A stretch of DNA of 64,000 nt. Source: Nemertoderma westbladi. Taxonomy: Eukaryota > Animalia > Xenacoelomorpha. The stretch is from contig JAUCBJ010002853.1 in NCBI GenBank assembly GCA_032718475.1, positions 1 to 64,000 of the forward strand, in the 5' to 3' direction. How positions within the stretch are numbered: position 1 is the first letter of the stretch; every line of letters begins with the position of its first letter. The notes under the pieces were generated by a model. The model did no database searches. It was given only the letters and a program-made list of their open reading frames with translations, and had not been told where the DNA came from. The translations under genes and the position numbers were made by a program. Positions 28,640-38,266 of this stretch are shown here, piece after piece.

Positions 28640-28837
28640 ATGGAAAACCGTTTAATGAGAGCATTAGAGAGTGTACTTTTTATTGCAATATTTTTGGGTA
28701 TCTATTGGGTTATAGGTTTTTTCTGTAAATCAACATTTGATTTCGAGATACGTAGCAACAGAGGTTATACAATCGTTGTATTTGCGGCAATTGCGTTCAA
28801 AATAGTTTTGACTAAGATGTTGTTGGGAGAATTTTGA
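28640..28837 (+). CDS. Small membrane protein
   Basis: AGGAG RBS; two hydrophobic segments. Confidence 0.5.
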   Translation: MENRLMRALESVLFIAIFLGIYWVIGFFCKSTFDFEIRSNRGYTIVVFAAIAFKIVLTKMLLGEF

Positions 28838-29166
28838 TGGATTTTGCAAAGAAATTTCTATTGGGGGATTATTCCTTAACCAAAACCTTTTGGATTATTT
28901 ACTTCATTCCAACCATTTCATACACAATAATCCGTACATTATTAGTAGAGTTCGATGAAACTTACAGTAGTCCTTGGATCATCGTCATCTTATTTATGGT
29001 GTTCAAAATTGTATGTTATGTTGCGATTTGGAATAGTTCAGCAAAATATACTGGTAAGAAAAGATGGTTTTATTTGGTAAGAGTTTATCTAGCATTTGAG
29101 GTTGTGGCATTTTTTGTACGGTTAATAAATCTCATACCTCTTTTACTTGTCGTACTATCTAAATAA
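28837..29166 (+). CDS. Membrane protein (about 3 TM)
   Basis: GDYSLTKTFWI...AIWNSSAKYTGKKRW, hydrophobic helices. Confidence 0.6.
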   Translation: MDFAKKFLLGDYSLTKTFWIIYFIPTISYTIIRTLLVEFDETYSSPWIIVILFMVFKIVCYVAIWNSSAKYTGKKRWFYLVRVYLAFEVVAFFVRLINLIPLLLVVLSK

Positions 29167-29277
29167 TATAGTTCTGTATTCTGCAAAGCAACGACTGCGA
29201 GTTTACACTGGTAACATTGTCAGTGTGAAAAAAAGTAATTAAGAGTGCGTCCTTTGGATGGTCTTTGCGAATCATCC

Positions 29278-29394
29278 TGTCTCAAAAGACTGTACCCTGT
29301 GAGGACATTTCTATGAGACACTATTACTGTCTCAATAGGGTTTGTTATTGACTTATGAGGCACTTTCCTGTAAGGTCTAGAAGTAAATGAGACA
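29278..29394. promoter_or_regulatory. res site (resolvase binding subsites)
   Basis: TGTCTCA at 29278 and 29328; TGAGACA at 29314 and 29388; TGAGGCA at 29356; directly upstream of a resolvase gene. Confidence 0.75.
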
Positions 29395-29409
29395 GTACAG
29401 GAGAAAATA

Positions 29410-29952
29410 TTGAAATACGGATATGCAAGAGTTTCTACTACCGACCAAGACCTCACAATCCAGATAGACGCACTCAAATCTGTGGGATGTGAAACCATTC
29501 GACAGGAGAAGGTGTCTGGAACATCTATCCAAGATCGAGATGAACTAAACACTCTTTTAGAATTTATGCGTGAAGGTGATGAACTCGTTGTCACAAGGGT
29601 GGATCGTCTCGCACGTTCTATTCGTGACCTGCAAAACATCGTCTATGACCTCAACAAAAAGGGTGTAACGATATCTGCAACAGAACAACCTATTGATACC
29701 AAAACAAGTGCTGGGAAGTGTTTCCTAGATATGTTGGGTGTCTTTGGTGAGTTTGAGACAAACCTTCGCAAAGAACGTCAGATGGAAGGTATCGCAAAGG
29801 CAAAAGAGAAAGGTGTCTATAAGGGAAGAAAACCCTCTGTGGACGTTCAGAAGGTCAAGGAACTGCGTGATAGTGGAATGGGTGCATCTGCAATCGCAAA
29901 GGAACTGGGGATAGGTCGTGCATCTGTCTATCGTGCATTGGAGTGTCATTGA
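29410..29952 (+). CDS. Serine resolvase (Tn3/Pin-like) of element A
   Basis: KYGYARVST.DQ, EKVSG, VTRVDRLARS, YKGRKP, HTH ASAIAKELGIGRASVYR. Confidence 0.93.
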   Translation: MKYGYARVSTTDQDLTIQIDALKSVGCETIRQEKVSGTSIQDRDELNTLLEFMREGDELVVTRVDRLARSIRDLQNIVYDLNKKGVTISATEQPIDTKTSAGKCFLDMLGVFGEFETNLRKERQMEGIAKAKEKGVYKGRKPSVDVQKVKELRDSGMGASAIAKELGIGRASVYRALECH

Positions 29953-30125
29953 TATATCAAACACTAGAAGAAGCGATAATCGCCGCAGAATGCATGATAG
30001 AATCTTTTGATGATGATTATTACGACCTCATCAAGAACCCCACCAGAGATTGGGTCAAGATTACCGCAGTAGAAGGTTGGGGTTTTGAACTCTTTGGTCA
30101 TGGCGATGTGGTCAAAATAATTTGA
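29943..30125 (+). CDS. Small acidic hypothetical protein
   Basis: 60-aa ORF overlapping resolvase end. Confidence 0.4.
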   Translation: MSLIYQTLEEAIIAAECMIESFDDDYYDLIKNPTRDWVKITAVEGWGFELFGHGDVVKII

Positions 30126-30202
30126 CTTGTCGATGCATAACAGTATCGGAAGAAGTCAGCACACCATTTTCTTAAACCTTTTTTTAGATTTTCCGCAGAC
30201 AT

Positions 30203-30240
30203 AAAAAAACGCACTTAGAGGGAGTTCTAAGTGCGTTTTT
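30203..30240. terminator. Bidirectional intrinsic terminator
   Basis: AAAAAACGCACTTAGA-GGGAGT-TCTAAGTGCGTTTTT between convergent genes. Confidence 0.75.
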
Positions 30241-30267
30241 GCATAACGAGTTAAGGAATTCACTCTG

Positions 30268-30498
30268 TCAAACTGGGCGTCCTGATGTTCTGCGGATGAA
30301 ATCCTTGTATTCATCGGGATAATCACCGCCCCTCTTACGCACTTCTGCATACGCATCAGTCATGTTAGGGATTTGGGAGTGGGTCGTGGTGGTTCGTTTA
30401 TCAAGTGTTGCGTACTCTCTCGCACGAATCTCTTGTTCTTTTCGTTGTTGTTCTCTGTCCAATTTATCTTGGTAAAGAACGGCATCTGTTATTTTCAT
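30268..30498 (-). CDS. Hypothetical protein
   Basis: 76-aa ORF, ATGA-coupled to upstream ORF. Confidence 0.6.
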   Translation of the reverse strand: MKITDAVLYQDKLDREQQRKEQEIRAREYATLDKRTTTTHSQIPNMTDAYAEVRKRGGDYPDEYKDFIRRTSGRPV

Positions 30499-30698
30499 CG
30501 CATCCCTCTCAAATTTCTATCCATCTGAGCGTTCTGTTCTGCGAGCAGTAATGTCTGTTGAGAACTTTCACTAAACATCTTCACCAGCACCTTTCGTGCA
30601 GATACTTCATCCTTTGCACGAATGTATTCGTTTCCAAGTGTTGCAACCTTCTTTCCAGATGCATCTATGCGTTGTTTGAGTTGGTTTATGTCGGACAT
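30495..30698 (-). CDS. Small coiled-coil hypothetical protein, homologue of 23973-24173
   Basis: High visible identity to the element B copy. Confidence 0.75.
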   Translation of the reverse strand: MSDINQLKQRIDASGKKVATLGNEYIRAKDEVSARKVLVKMFSESSQQTLLLAEQNAQMDRNLRGMR

Positions 30699-30699
30699 A

Positions 30700-30885
30700 T
30701 CAGACACCAACTGGATAGAATTTTGGTTCTAAACCGTGTTTTTGCATATCATCGAGAAGGCATCTTTGAACTGAGGTGCGGATATAATCACTCTCATTCA
30801 CCCGAAATGTGTCACAAATTTCTTGCAAGGATTCCTTTACTGGTTCTGAAAACCGCACACTTCTTTGATATTCAAACTTCTTCAT
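30700..30885 (-). CDS. Ribbon-helix-helix-like small regulator
   Basis: YQRSVRFS...KESL..IC....NESDYIR pattern; AAAGGAG RBS; CATAAATA at 30924-30931 upstream. Confidence 0.55.
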   Translation of the reverse strand: MKKFEYQRSVRFSEPVKESLQEICDTFRVNESDYIRTSVQRCLLDDMQKHGLEPKFYPVGV

Positions 30886-31046
30886 AAAAATAACTCCTTT
30901 GGTTTGTGTTCCGTTGATGCATCTATTTATGCGTCAGAACATCCGCACATTAGGGTTTCAAAGGAGTTCCATGGGTGTTGAGAAGGGTTAGAGGTATCAT
31001 CCTACTGCGGCAGCATAAAACCTCTTGGTCGTCTCTGGTCGCAGTT

Positions 31047-31086
31047 AAAAAAATAGGCGTAGAGCAGTCGGACTCTACACCTATTT
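31047..31086 (-). terminator. Intrinsic terminator
   Basis: Hairpin AAATAGG.GTAGAG...CTCTAC.CCTATTT with T-run on the minus strand. Confidence 0.65.
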
Positions 31087-31121
31087 CATCATTATTTAGT
31101 TACTCATGGAGAAAAGAGTTA

Positions 31122-31394
31122 TCACCAGAACCAATCCCTTAGTTCTTCATCACTTGGTTCAATTGAAGAATTTGATGCATCTAAGTATTCTTGAAAATCC
31201 AGATCATTTCTAAACTTTTGAAGGTATCTATCAAACTCACGTTGTGGTGATAAATCACCACAAGTTTCACCAGTTCTATTGATGTGTTTTATTGCAGTAG
31301 TGAATCCATCAATGAAGTTACTAATTTCTAAATCAGCAATCCAAATATCTGATTCATCATATCTGAACCCCTGCATAGCAGATTTATAATCCAT
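31122..31394 (-). CDS. Acidic hypothetical protein
   Basis: 90-aa ORF starting 1 nt after the upstream stop. Confidence 0.55.
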   Translation of the reverse strand: MDYKSAMQGFRYDESDIWIADLEISNFIDGFTTAIKHINRTGETCGDLSPQREFDRYLQKFRNDLDFQEYLDASNSSIEPSDEELRDWFW

Positions 31395-31395
31395 G

Positions 31396-31755
31396 TTAGA
31401 CTTGCATTAGGGTTGGGTTGAAAAAATTATGATATTTCTCAACATCAACAGAACTAATAAATGGTTCATCAGGACTTCTTGCAGTCACTTCCTCTTCGTC
31501 ATGTATCACCCTTCTGGACTGTGGTAGATAGATGTCGATGTGATCCTGTCGAAAATCATCATCTTCCGATAATTGATTCCACTTATGAACCAACTGTCTC
31601 AGGTTGTTTGGTGTGTATGGATTTCCAACTGTATTGCGAACTCCAATGCGTTGGAGTGCCTCTGCAATCTCGTTGATGGTTGTGCATCCAAAGAAAAGGA
31701 CGCATTTGCACATATCGTGAAATACGTCTTGATTGTGTTTTTTGTTCTTATTCAT
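31396..31755 (-). CDS. Hypothetical protein with recombinase-domain-like HTH; homologue of 18305-18754
   Basis: AGGGAG RBS before ATG 31755; shared motif with the element B gene. Confidence 0.65.
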   Translation of the reverse strand: MNKNKKHNQDVFHDMCKCVLFFGCTTINEIAEALQRIGVRNTVGNPYTPNNLRQLVHKWNQLSEDDDFRQDHIDIYLPQSRRVIHDEEEVTARSPDEPFISSVDVEKYHNFFNPTLMQV

Positions 31756-31867
31756 ATTAAATACTCCCTTTATGAATTCGGGAATATTTAGACATCCTGT
31801 AACCCCGATGAGGTTCAACAGGGGTATCGAATTAAAAGAAAGTCAGTTCTGATTAAGTGACCATTGG

Positions 31868-32226
31868 TCATTTAGTGAATTCGATCCACATCTGTCCACG
31901 TTGCAATGGATACTTCTTGTTTCTTAGTTTGATTCTCTCTTCTCTTTCTCTGTACCGCTTCAAAACACTGTAAACGTATTGAGTACCCCACTGACTTCCA
32001 CCGTGGGTCGTTATCTTCCTGTCATTTAGGAAATAGGCAATCCGCCTGTATCCAATACCTCTCTGATGAAGAGAATTTATCAGTCGATATATTTGGAATT
32101 GGTTTTCTGAATATCTGGTTGGGTTCTGTTCTGGTTGAAGATAATTGAACCTTTTGGACACCTCAAAAAAGAGGAAATTTGAGTACTCATTCGCCCTCGT
32201 AATTGTCCAATCCGAACTATTCCACG
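31868..32226 (-). CDS. Detached C-terminal segment of integrase A (recombinase/HTH DNA-binding domain)
   Basis: Open frame from the att core: WNSSDWTITRANEYSNFLFFEVSKRF...GIGYRRIAYFLNDRKITTHGGSQWGTQYVYSVLKRY; in frame with integrase A after circularisation. Confidence 0.8.
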
Positions 32227-32234
32227 GTCACTGA
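32201..32234 (-). other. att junction at glmS 3' end (glmS + element A arm)
   Basis: Minus strand TCAGTG-AC-CGTGGAATAG-TTCGGATTGGACAATT. Confidence 0.9.
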
Positions 32235-34049
32235 CTTTGCCAAATTCCTTGGGTGGTCGACATCAATCCCCTTAAAAAGAGCCACCTCATAAGCCAAGTA
32301 CTGCAAAAGCACTGTCACGCTTAAAGGAAATAAATACGAACCACTACTAGGCACTTCAAGCACTTCACACTGGGTGTACAAATCGCCCAAATCAACGCCT
32401 TGCTCATGAATAATATAAACCGAAGCCCCACGGCTTTTTATTTCATTAATATTAGCACACATCTTCTGGGCACCCTGTTTGGCCACCAAACATACCACTG
32501 GCACATTAGGCTCCACCAATGCCAACGGGCCATGCTTTAGTTCACCCCCCGGGTAGGCGTCAGCATAAATATAGGTAATTTCTTTTAACTTAAGTGCCCC
32601 TTCAAGGGCAATGGGGTAGCATTCACCCCGACCGATAAAAATCATATAAATACTGTTTTGAATCACCTTAGCCCATGGCTTTATTTGTGACCGAAAACCA
32701 AGCACATCAATCAATTGCTTGGGATAAGCCTTTAGGCTATCCATATAATCATTTAACTGATCAACCGTTAATCGGCTCCGTATTTTCCCAGCCACATGCG
32801 CTAAAAATACCAACAACAACAGTTGGGTAAAAAATGTTTTAGTCGCTGCCACACTAATTTCAAAACCACTGTGCATCAATACAACTGCATCACTTAAATT
32901 GGCCAAGGCACTTTGTGACACATTAGTCATTGCCACCATAAAAGGCTTGCTAGGTAACTTTTTGCAATAGCGAGCAGCTTTAAGGGTATCGGCTGTTTCA
33001 CCCGACTGAGAAATAAAAATACACATTGTGTGATCAGGTAGGGTCGGCCTTATGTCATTAAAATGGCTGGCATAATCAACAAAAACGCACACCCTCATCA
33101 GGCTTGATAAATATGTTTTTGCAAACAAACCAGCATGATAACTACTGCCACAGGCAATAATTTGTATATGCTCAATATGGGGTAAATGACTGATTAGCGC
33201 AGGGGGGAAAAAATGTTCATTTAATGAATGAGTACTAGACACAAACTGGTCAATCAAGCGTTTTGAAATACCCATCTGCTCCATAATTTCTTTTTCCATG
33301 TAGTATGGATACCCTTCTAAATTTGAGACTGCCCCCCTCTCAACCATCGAATGCGAAGTTAAGGTCACGGGTTTAAATGACTGATCATATACCACATAAC
33401 CCGCTGGACTAACCTTGAGCGAAAAGCCTGAGGGAATGATAAAAAACTCATCCACCCATTGCCCAATGGCGTAAATATCTGAACACAAATAATAACCGTT
33501 TTGACCAACCCCTAATACCAGTGCGCTATTAGACGTTGTGGCAACGACTTGATCAGGCTGGTTGGCATTTAAAAGTAAAAAGGCGTATTGACCCTTTAAA
33601 GTATTTTGCACTTGTTGAAGACTATCTAGCACATGCCCACAACCTTTAACGGCTTGGTCAATTAGCACCAACAGCCGTTCGGTATCTGTTTGTGACTCAA
33701 ACGTGTAACCAACTGATGGATCAACAAGGGTTTGATAATTCTCAATAATACCATTGTGCACAATCCCCAAACGATTTGACACCTGATGAGGGTGTGCATT
33801 TTCAACACTAGGTTTTCCATGGGTTGCCCAACGGGTATGGCCAATACCAACCAATGCGTTGGATTGATCAGAACTGATTGGTTTTTCAAGCCCCCCAACC
33901 CGACCACAAACCCTGTAACGCACCAGCCCTTTTTTAGTGCTAAGCATGATGCCTGATGAATCATAGCCACGATATTCTAAATTTTTTAGTCCTTGAAATA
34001 ATTGAGGGGCGACTAAATTTTTAGAAACAATACCGATAATCCCACACAT
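32217..34049 (-). CDS. glmS: Glutamine--fructose-6-phosphate aminotransferase
   Basis: MCGIIG, LEYRGYDS, GHTRWATHG, SQSGETADT, PRNLAKSVTVE. Confidence 0.98.
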   Translation of the reverse strand: MCGIIGIVSKNLVAPQLFQGLKNLEYRGYDSSGIMLSTKKGLVRYRVCGRVGGLEKPISSDQSNALVGIGHTRWATHGKPSVENAHPHQVSNRLGIVHNGIIENYQTLVDPSVGYTFESQTDTERLLVLIDQAVKGCGHVLDSLQQVQNTLKGQYAFLLLNANQPDQVVATTSNSALVLGVGQNGYYLCSDIYAIGQWVDEFFIIPSGFSLKVSPAGYVVYDQSFKPVTLTSHSMVERGAVSNLEGYPYYMEKEIMEQMGISKRLIDQFVSSTHSLNEHFFPPALISHLPHIEHIQIIACGSSYHAGLFAKTYLSSLMRVCVFVDYASHFNDIRPTLPDHTMCIFISQSGETADTLKAARYCKKLPSKPFMVAMTNVSQSALANLSDAVVLMHSGFEISVAATKTFFTQLLLLVFLAHVAGKIRSRLTVDQLNDYMDSLKAYPKQLIDVLGFRSQIKPWAKVIQNSIYMIFIGRGECYPIALEGALKLKEITYIYADAYPGGELKHGPLALVEPNVPVVCLVAKQGAQKMCANINEIKSRGASVYIIHEQGVDLGDLYTQCEVLEVPSSGSYLFPLSVTVLLQYLAYEVALFKGIDVDHPRNLAKSVTVE

Positions 34050-34060
34050 CAAAAAAACCG

Positions 34061-36100
34061 TTATTTGACTTGTTTAAACATAATGCGACGCCTTGCCCAA
34101 TCAATGTAGTCAAGCTCAACTTCAAGCATTTGGCCTCTATTATACGCTAGATCATTTGTTGAAAAACGCCTAGGCAATGCCCCTTCAATCAGTGGATTTT
34201 TAACCTGAACAAATACACTGCTGTGGTTCATCCCTGAGATCACGCCTTGCATTTTTTGACCGATTTTGTTTTTCATATAAACACATTGATAAAAGGCTTC
34301 GGCTTCCCAAGTAGCTTGGTTGGCAGCACGTTCAGTAGCTGAACAATGTTTAGCGGTATTTTCAAGGGTTTTTTGAGTGTAAGTTGGGCGAGATTTTTTG
34401 TTCATTGCTTTTAGTAAGCGATGCACTACCAAATCTGGGTAGCGACGAATGGGCGAGGTAAAATGAGTATAGTGAGGGTAGTTTAGGCCAAAGTGCCCTA
34501 AATTATTAGTTGAATAAATAGCCCGCTGCATGGTTCTAAGCACTTGCATTTGCAATATGTTGATGCAAGGATGATCACGATTTTGTGTTAATAACGTTTG
34601 AAAATCAGCTAATGTTTTAATCGCCACCCGCTTGATACCAAGCTCGTCTAAGGTATCTTTGAGCGTCTCCAGGCTTTCTTGTGACGGCTGATCATGCACT
34701 CGATAAATGGCAGGTGACTGGCTAAGTGCAGATGCCGCACATACATTGGCCAGCAACATGGATTCTTCAATTAACTGATGGGCGGTTAAATGAGGAGTGG
34801 ATTCAATGCCTACCACCTGCTGATTTTTAAAAAGTACTTTTATTTCATTGCTTTGAATGTCAAATACCCCGCGTTTTTCTCGAAAAGCTCGCAAGCGTTT
34901 GTGTAAATTTGAGAGCGCAGTTAAAGGGTTCGATAAAAATGTTTTGTCTTGATCCAAGGGTTTTCCAGATAAAAACGATTCTACCTGCCCATAGGTTAGC
35001 CGACATTTTGAAAGAATAACCCCTTCATAAAACTGATACGACTCTACCTTTCCACTTTTTTCATTCCAATATAGATCACACACCATCACCGCCCGTTTCA
35101 CCTTGGGGTTTAGCGAACATAGGTCATTGGATAACACTTCAGGCAACATTGGTACCACAAAATTGGGTAAATACACAGAGTTTCCTCGCAGGTACGCTGC
35201 CTCATCCAGCATGGTGTCTTTTTTGACGTATGAGCTGACATCCGCAATGGCTACCATTAAATGCCATAGGCCCCCATCTTTTTGCTCACAAAATACAGCA
35301 TCGTCGAAGTCTTTGGCATCGTCTCCATCAATGGTGACAAAATTAAAGGCCGTTAGGTCAATGCGTTTTTGATCATTGATCAGTTTTTGGTGAATGGACT
35401 TATAATCATCTAATTTGTTAGACACCCCTTCTGGCCAATCCCTTGAGATACCAAATTCTGAGAGAATAAAAAACAGCTCATCGGTAAAATGATAAGCTGC
35501 TGAAAGTACCTGCAGTTTGTGGGCATAACAGTGCCTGAAATCTTTTTTATCCACCACCAAGCGTGCCTCAATTAACTGACCCACTTTAATACCTTGATAA
35601 GCTTTGATGGGAAACCGATGATTCGACTGCCGACCCCGCCCCACTAGGTAATATTTTTTATCTTTCTTAAGCACCTCACCGATCATGGTATCAGACTGCC
35701 TTTCTAGCAAATTCAACACATGACCGACTGATCCACTCTTTCGTTGCCTGTCCTTTTTTAGCATAATTAAGAGGCGATCATTTGCGAACAAACCGCGAAC
35801 CTGATCAGGCGGTAAAAATACATCGTCCTGTCGACCCTCACAGGCACAAAAACCAAACCCTTTTGGGTTAAGTTCAAGCACCCCCTCAAGCACCAAAGAT
35901 GAATGCACGTAACAATCCTCCACGTTACGCACTTTTTTATCCTGCACCAATTGATTTAACAGTTGAGTTAAATGCTTGCGGGCTGATAAATTCTGAACCC
36001 TAAATGCTTTGAGCAATTGCCGCCAATAAAAAGGGCCTGATTGCAATTTTTTTAATACTTGATCTAGTGTGGGTTGAGTCGTTTTTGATGAGCCTTTCAT
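34061..36100 (-). CDS. rnr: Ribonuclease R
   Basis: TIDGDDAKDFDDA, IEESMLLAN, HFTSPIRRYPDL, C-terminal S1 domain. Confidence 0.95.
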   Translation of the reverse strand: MKGSSKTTQPTLDQVLKKLQSGPFYWRQLLKAFRVQNLSARKHLTQLLNQLVQDKKVRNVEDCYVHSSLVLEGVLELNPKGFGFCACEGRQDDVFLPPDQVRGLFANDRLLIMLKKDRQRKSGSVGHVLNLLERQSDTMIGEVLKKDKKYYLVGRGRQSNHRFPIKAYQGIKVGQLIEARLVVDKKDFRHCYAHKLQVLSAAYHFTDELFFILSEFGISRDWPEGVSNKLDDYKSIHQKLINDQKRIDLTAFNFVTIDGDDAKDFDDAVFCEQKDGGLWHLMVAIADVSSYVKKDTMLDEAAYLRGNSVYLPNFVVPMLPEVLSNDLCSLNPKVKRAVMVCDLYWNEKSGKVESYQFYEGVILSKCRLTYGQVESFLSGKPLDQDKTFLSNPLTALSNLHKRLRAFREKRGVFDIQSNEIKVLFKNQQVVGIESTPHLTAHQLIEESMLLANVCAASALSQSPAIYRVHDQPSQESLETLKDTLDELGIKRVAIKTLADFQTLLTQNRDHPCINILQMQVLRTMQRAIYSTNNLGHFGLNYPHYTHFTSPIRRYPDLVVHRLLKAMNKKSRPTYTQKTLENTAKHCSATERAANQATWEAEAFYQCVYMKNKIGQKMQGVISGMNHSSVFVQVKNPLIEGALPRRFSTNDLAYNRGQMLEVELDYIDWARRRIMFKQVK

Positions 36101-36770
36101 CCACCCATCATACCCTAGAACATAATCTGTCAGCTAAGATAGCCTTTCAACTTGTAAGAAATATTATATTTGATGATAATATACTTGCTGGAAATATTTG
36201 AGAAATTTGGAAGAGTTTTGAAAAACATCATTTGGTTTGCCTTAAAAACACTTGGGTAGCTTGTTGCACATATCCCATTAATTTCAGACTGATAAAAACA
36301 ATTACCTACCGAGCTTGCAGCACAATGACAGCCAGGACCCTTTGGTTTATGGTCGACTTTACCTGTACAGAAAAACTACATGAACAAGGCTCTGTTGGAG
36401 AATATGTTAGCTTAGCAATGATAAAAATTTCAAAAACATTAGCGCAACAATATCAACATATTAATACCCTTGAATTTGTGATAAGTCTATTTGCAGAAAG
36501 TCCAGCTATGAAACACAACCTATTTGGTTGCTTGATTGGCAAAATGGTTACCTATGATGCCTTCTCACAATTGATACCAACCTGCTGCTTTCAGCTAATA
36601 TTTATAACGCAAGCACCTTATAAAACTATGGCATTGAGTTAATAGAAAAACTACTTGACAAAACTTTTCGTACAAAAACACATTCAGTGAACCTAAAACA
36701 AAACCTGCTTGTTGGCCCAATATAACAACAATAGATATAATTTGGTTTTCTCAAGAGAATAGAGGGTGCA

Positions 36771-37232
36771 ATGAAAAATGAGGGTAGGACGATTCAGTTC
36801 ATGATCATATTGTTTTGGGTGCTTTTTTGGCTATTGAATTCAATTGATAAATTTATTAACACCCCCATGTTTTTGTGGAAAGGGAAAGACCGTATCACCC
36901 AACTTCAAAATTACTTTTCATCCATTGGTATACAAAACGAAAGCATCAGTATGGGTTTTTTGATATTAATTACCATTGCTGAAATTATTGCATTTGTCTA
37001 CCTTGCCGTTGCCTTGTGGCATTTTTATAAGAAAAATACAAAAAAAATGGATCAATGCTTTTTTATGGGCACAATTAGTGGTATGGCAATATTTACATTT
37101 TTTACGATTGGGGATCAAATATTTGGTGATCGTCTTGAACTGTTAGAGCATGACAATTATTGGACATTTTTATTGGTTTCTTTGGTGGTATATCACTATT
37201 TTCCCACAGCAAAAAAACCAAAAAGCAATTGA
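36771..37232 (+). CDS. Membrane protein (DoxX-like topology)
   Basis: Four hydrophobic segments, N.IDKF and GDQIFGDRLELLEH; GAGGG RBS. Confidence 0.7.
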   Translation: MKNEGRTIQFMIILFWVLFWLLNSIDKFINTPMFLWKGKDRITQLQNYFSSIGIQNESISMGFLILITIAEIIAFVYLAVALWHFYKKNTKKMDQCFFMGTISGMAIFTFFTIGDQIFGDRLELLEHDNYWTFLLVSLVVYHYFPTAKKPKSN

Positions 37233-37249
37233 GTAAAAACACCGATTGG

Positions 37250-37560
37250 GATGACTGGTAAAAAAACTTCACTTGCTCGTTCCCAAATTGACATTAACCT
37301 ATCTAGCCACTCATACCAACCCACCTTCACTCCAACATGTTTGATATTAACTTTTGATGCCCATAAAACTTGCAACTGCAAAACCCGAATTTAGCACCAT
37401 CTTAATAAACAATTGTGAGCCGATGCCCCTGCCTTGGCATTTTAGCTTAGCCATCAAACGACCCAATATAACCAATACCCTATTTTTTTTCGGCCAGCAA
37501 CAAACCGACTATTAATTTATACTTAACATATTTTAGAACAACTAAGCCATTTTTATATTA
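37250..37560 (-). pseudogene. Degraded GNAT acetyltransferase remnant
   Basis: Fragments IVGLLLAEKK* and CQGRGIGSQLF (motif A) in broken frames; boundaries approximate. Confidence 0.35.
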
Positions 37561-38266
37561 AGCCTTTAAATAATTGACTGTTTAATGAAATAGCCGAACT
37601 ACCTAGGGTGATAAACCACTTTGAAGCGTGCATATCAGCTTAAATCATCAAATTTTACCAAGGCAATGAGGCTCACTCAATATTGTCAATAACTATTGTC
37701 GATAGCGACTAATAGCTGTTGCAAATATTGGAAAATTATTGTGTGGATCATCTTTTAACAAAGCACTAAGCGTAAAAATTAAATAATAATCACCTTCCTT
37801 ACCATACGCCACATACTCAAAATTCCCCTGTTCTTTAGGCGCAAAAGACAACACCTTGGGTACTTGGCCACTCTCTGTGTTGAAAGGTCTTTTTCTTGCT
37901 TGATCACAACCTCAAACCTCGCGTGAAATGCCTCTACATCCGCTTGCATCAATGCTTTTACACCTTTTATGGTCGGTCGGCTTGGCTTATAACCCGTGCA
38001 TAAATAACAGCCTCGGGGCGGTTAAAGGTAGACCCGTTGGGAATATTAATATTTGCCCCAAACGAAAACTTGATTCACGATCAAACCCCCAACCTTTGAT
38101 CGCTGGCAATTTAGGCCACGCATAAAAACATATTTTTTGCTCACAAGGTAGGGCTTGTTTTTCAATTTCCGCCCACATTGGCAGCGTAAACGCAATCAAA
38201 ATAATGAGCGCTAACTGTATTAGATGACAGCCCTTAACAATTAAACTCATCAAAATAATACAACTG

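Larger units (their letters stand above)
25003..32228. mobile_element. Integrative element A (about 7.2 kb), serine-integrase element in the glmS 3' end, glmS-proximal copy
   Basis: Bounded by SVTVE* copies; end arms at 25015-25030 and 32201-32216 are a perfect 16-bp inverted repeat. Confidence 0.9.

Noticed and set aside
15571-32216. Tn7 or CAST element, suggested by the position next to glmS
   Set aside because: No tnsABCD/tniQ or cas genes and no Tn7-type ends; the junctions are serine-integrase att sites inside glmS
36232-36642. 136-aa ORF
   Set aside because: No RBS or recognisable motif; probably a decayed fragment
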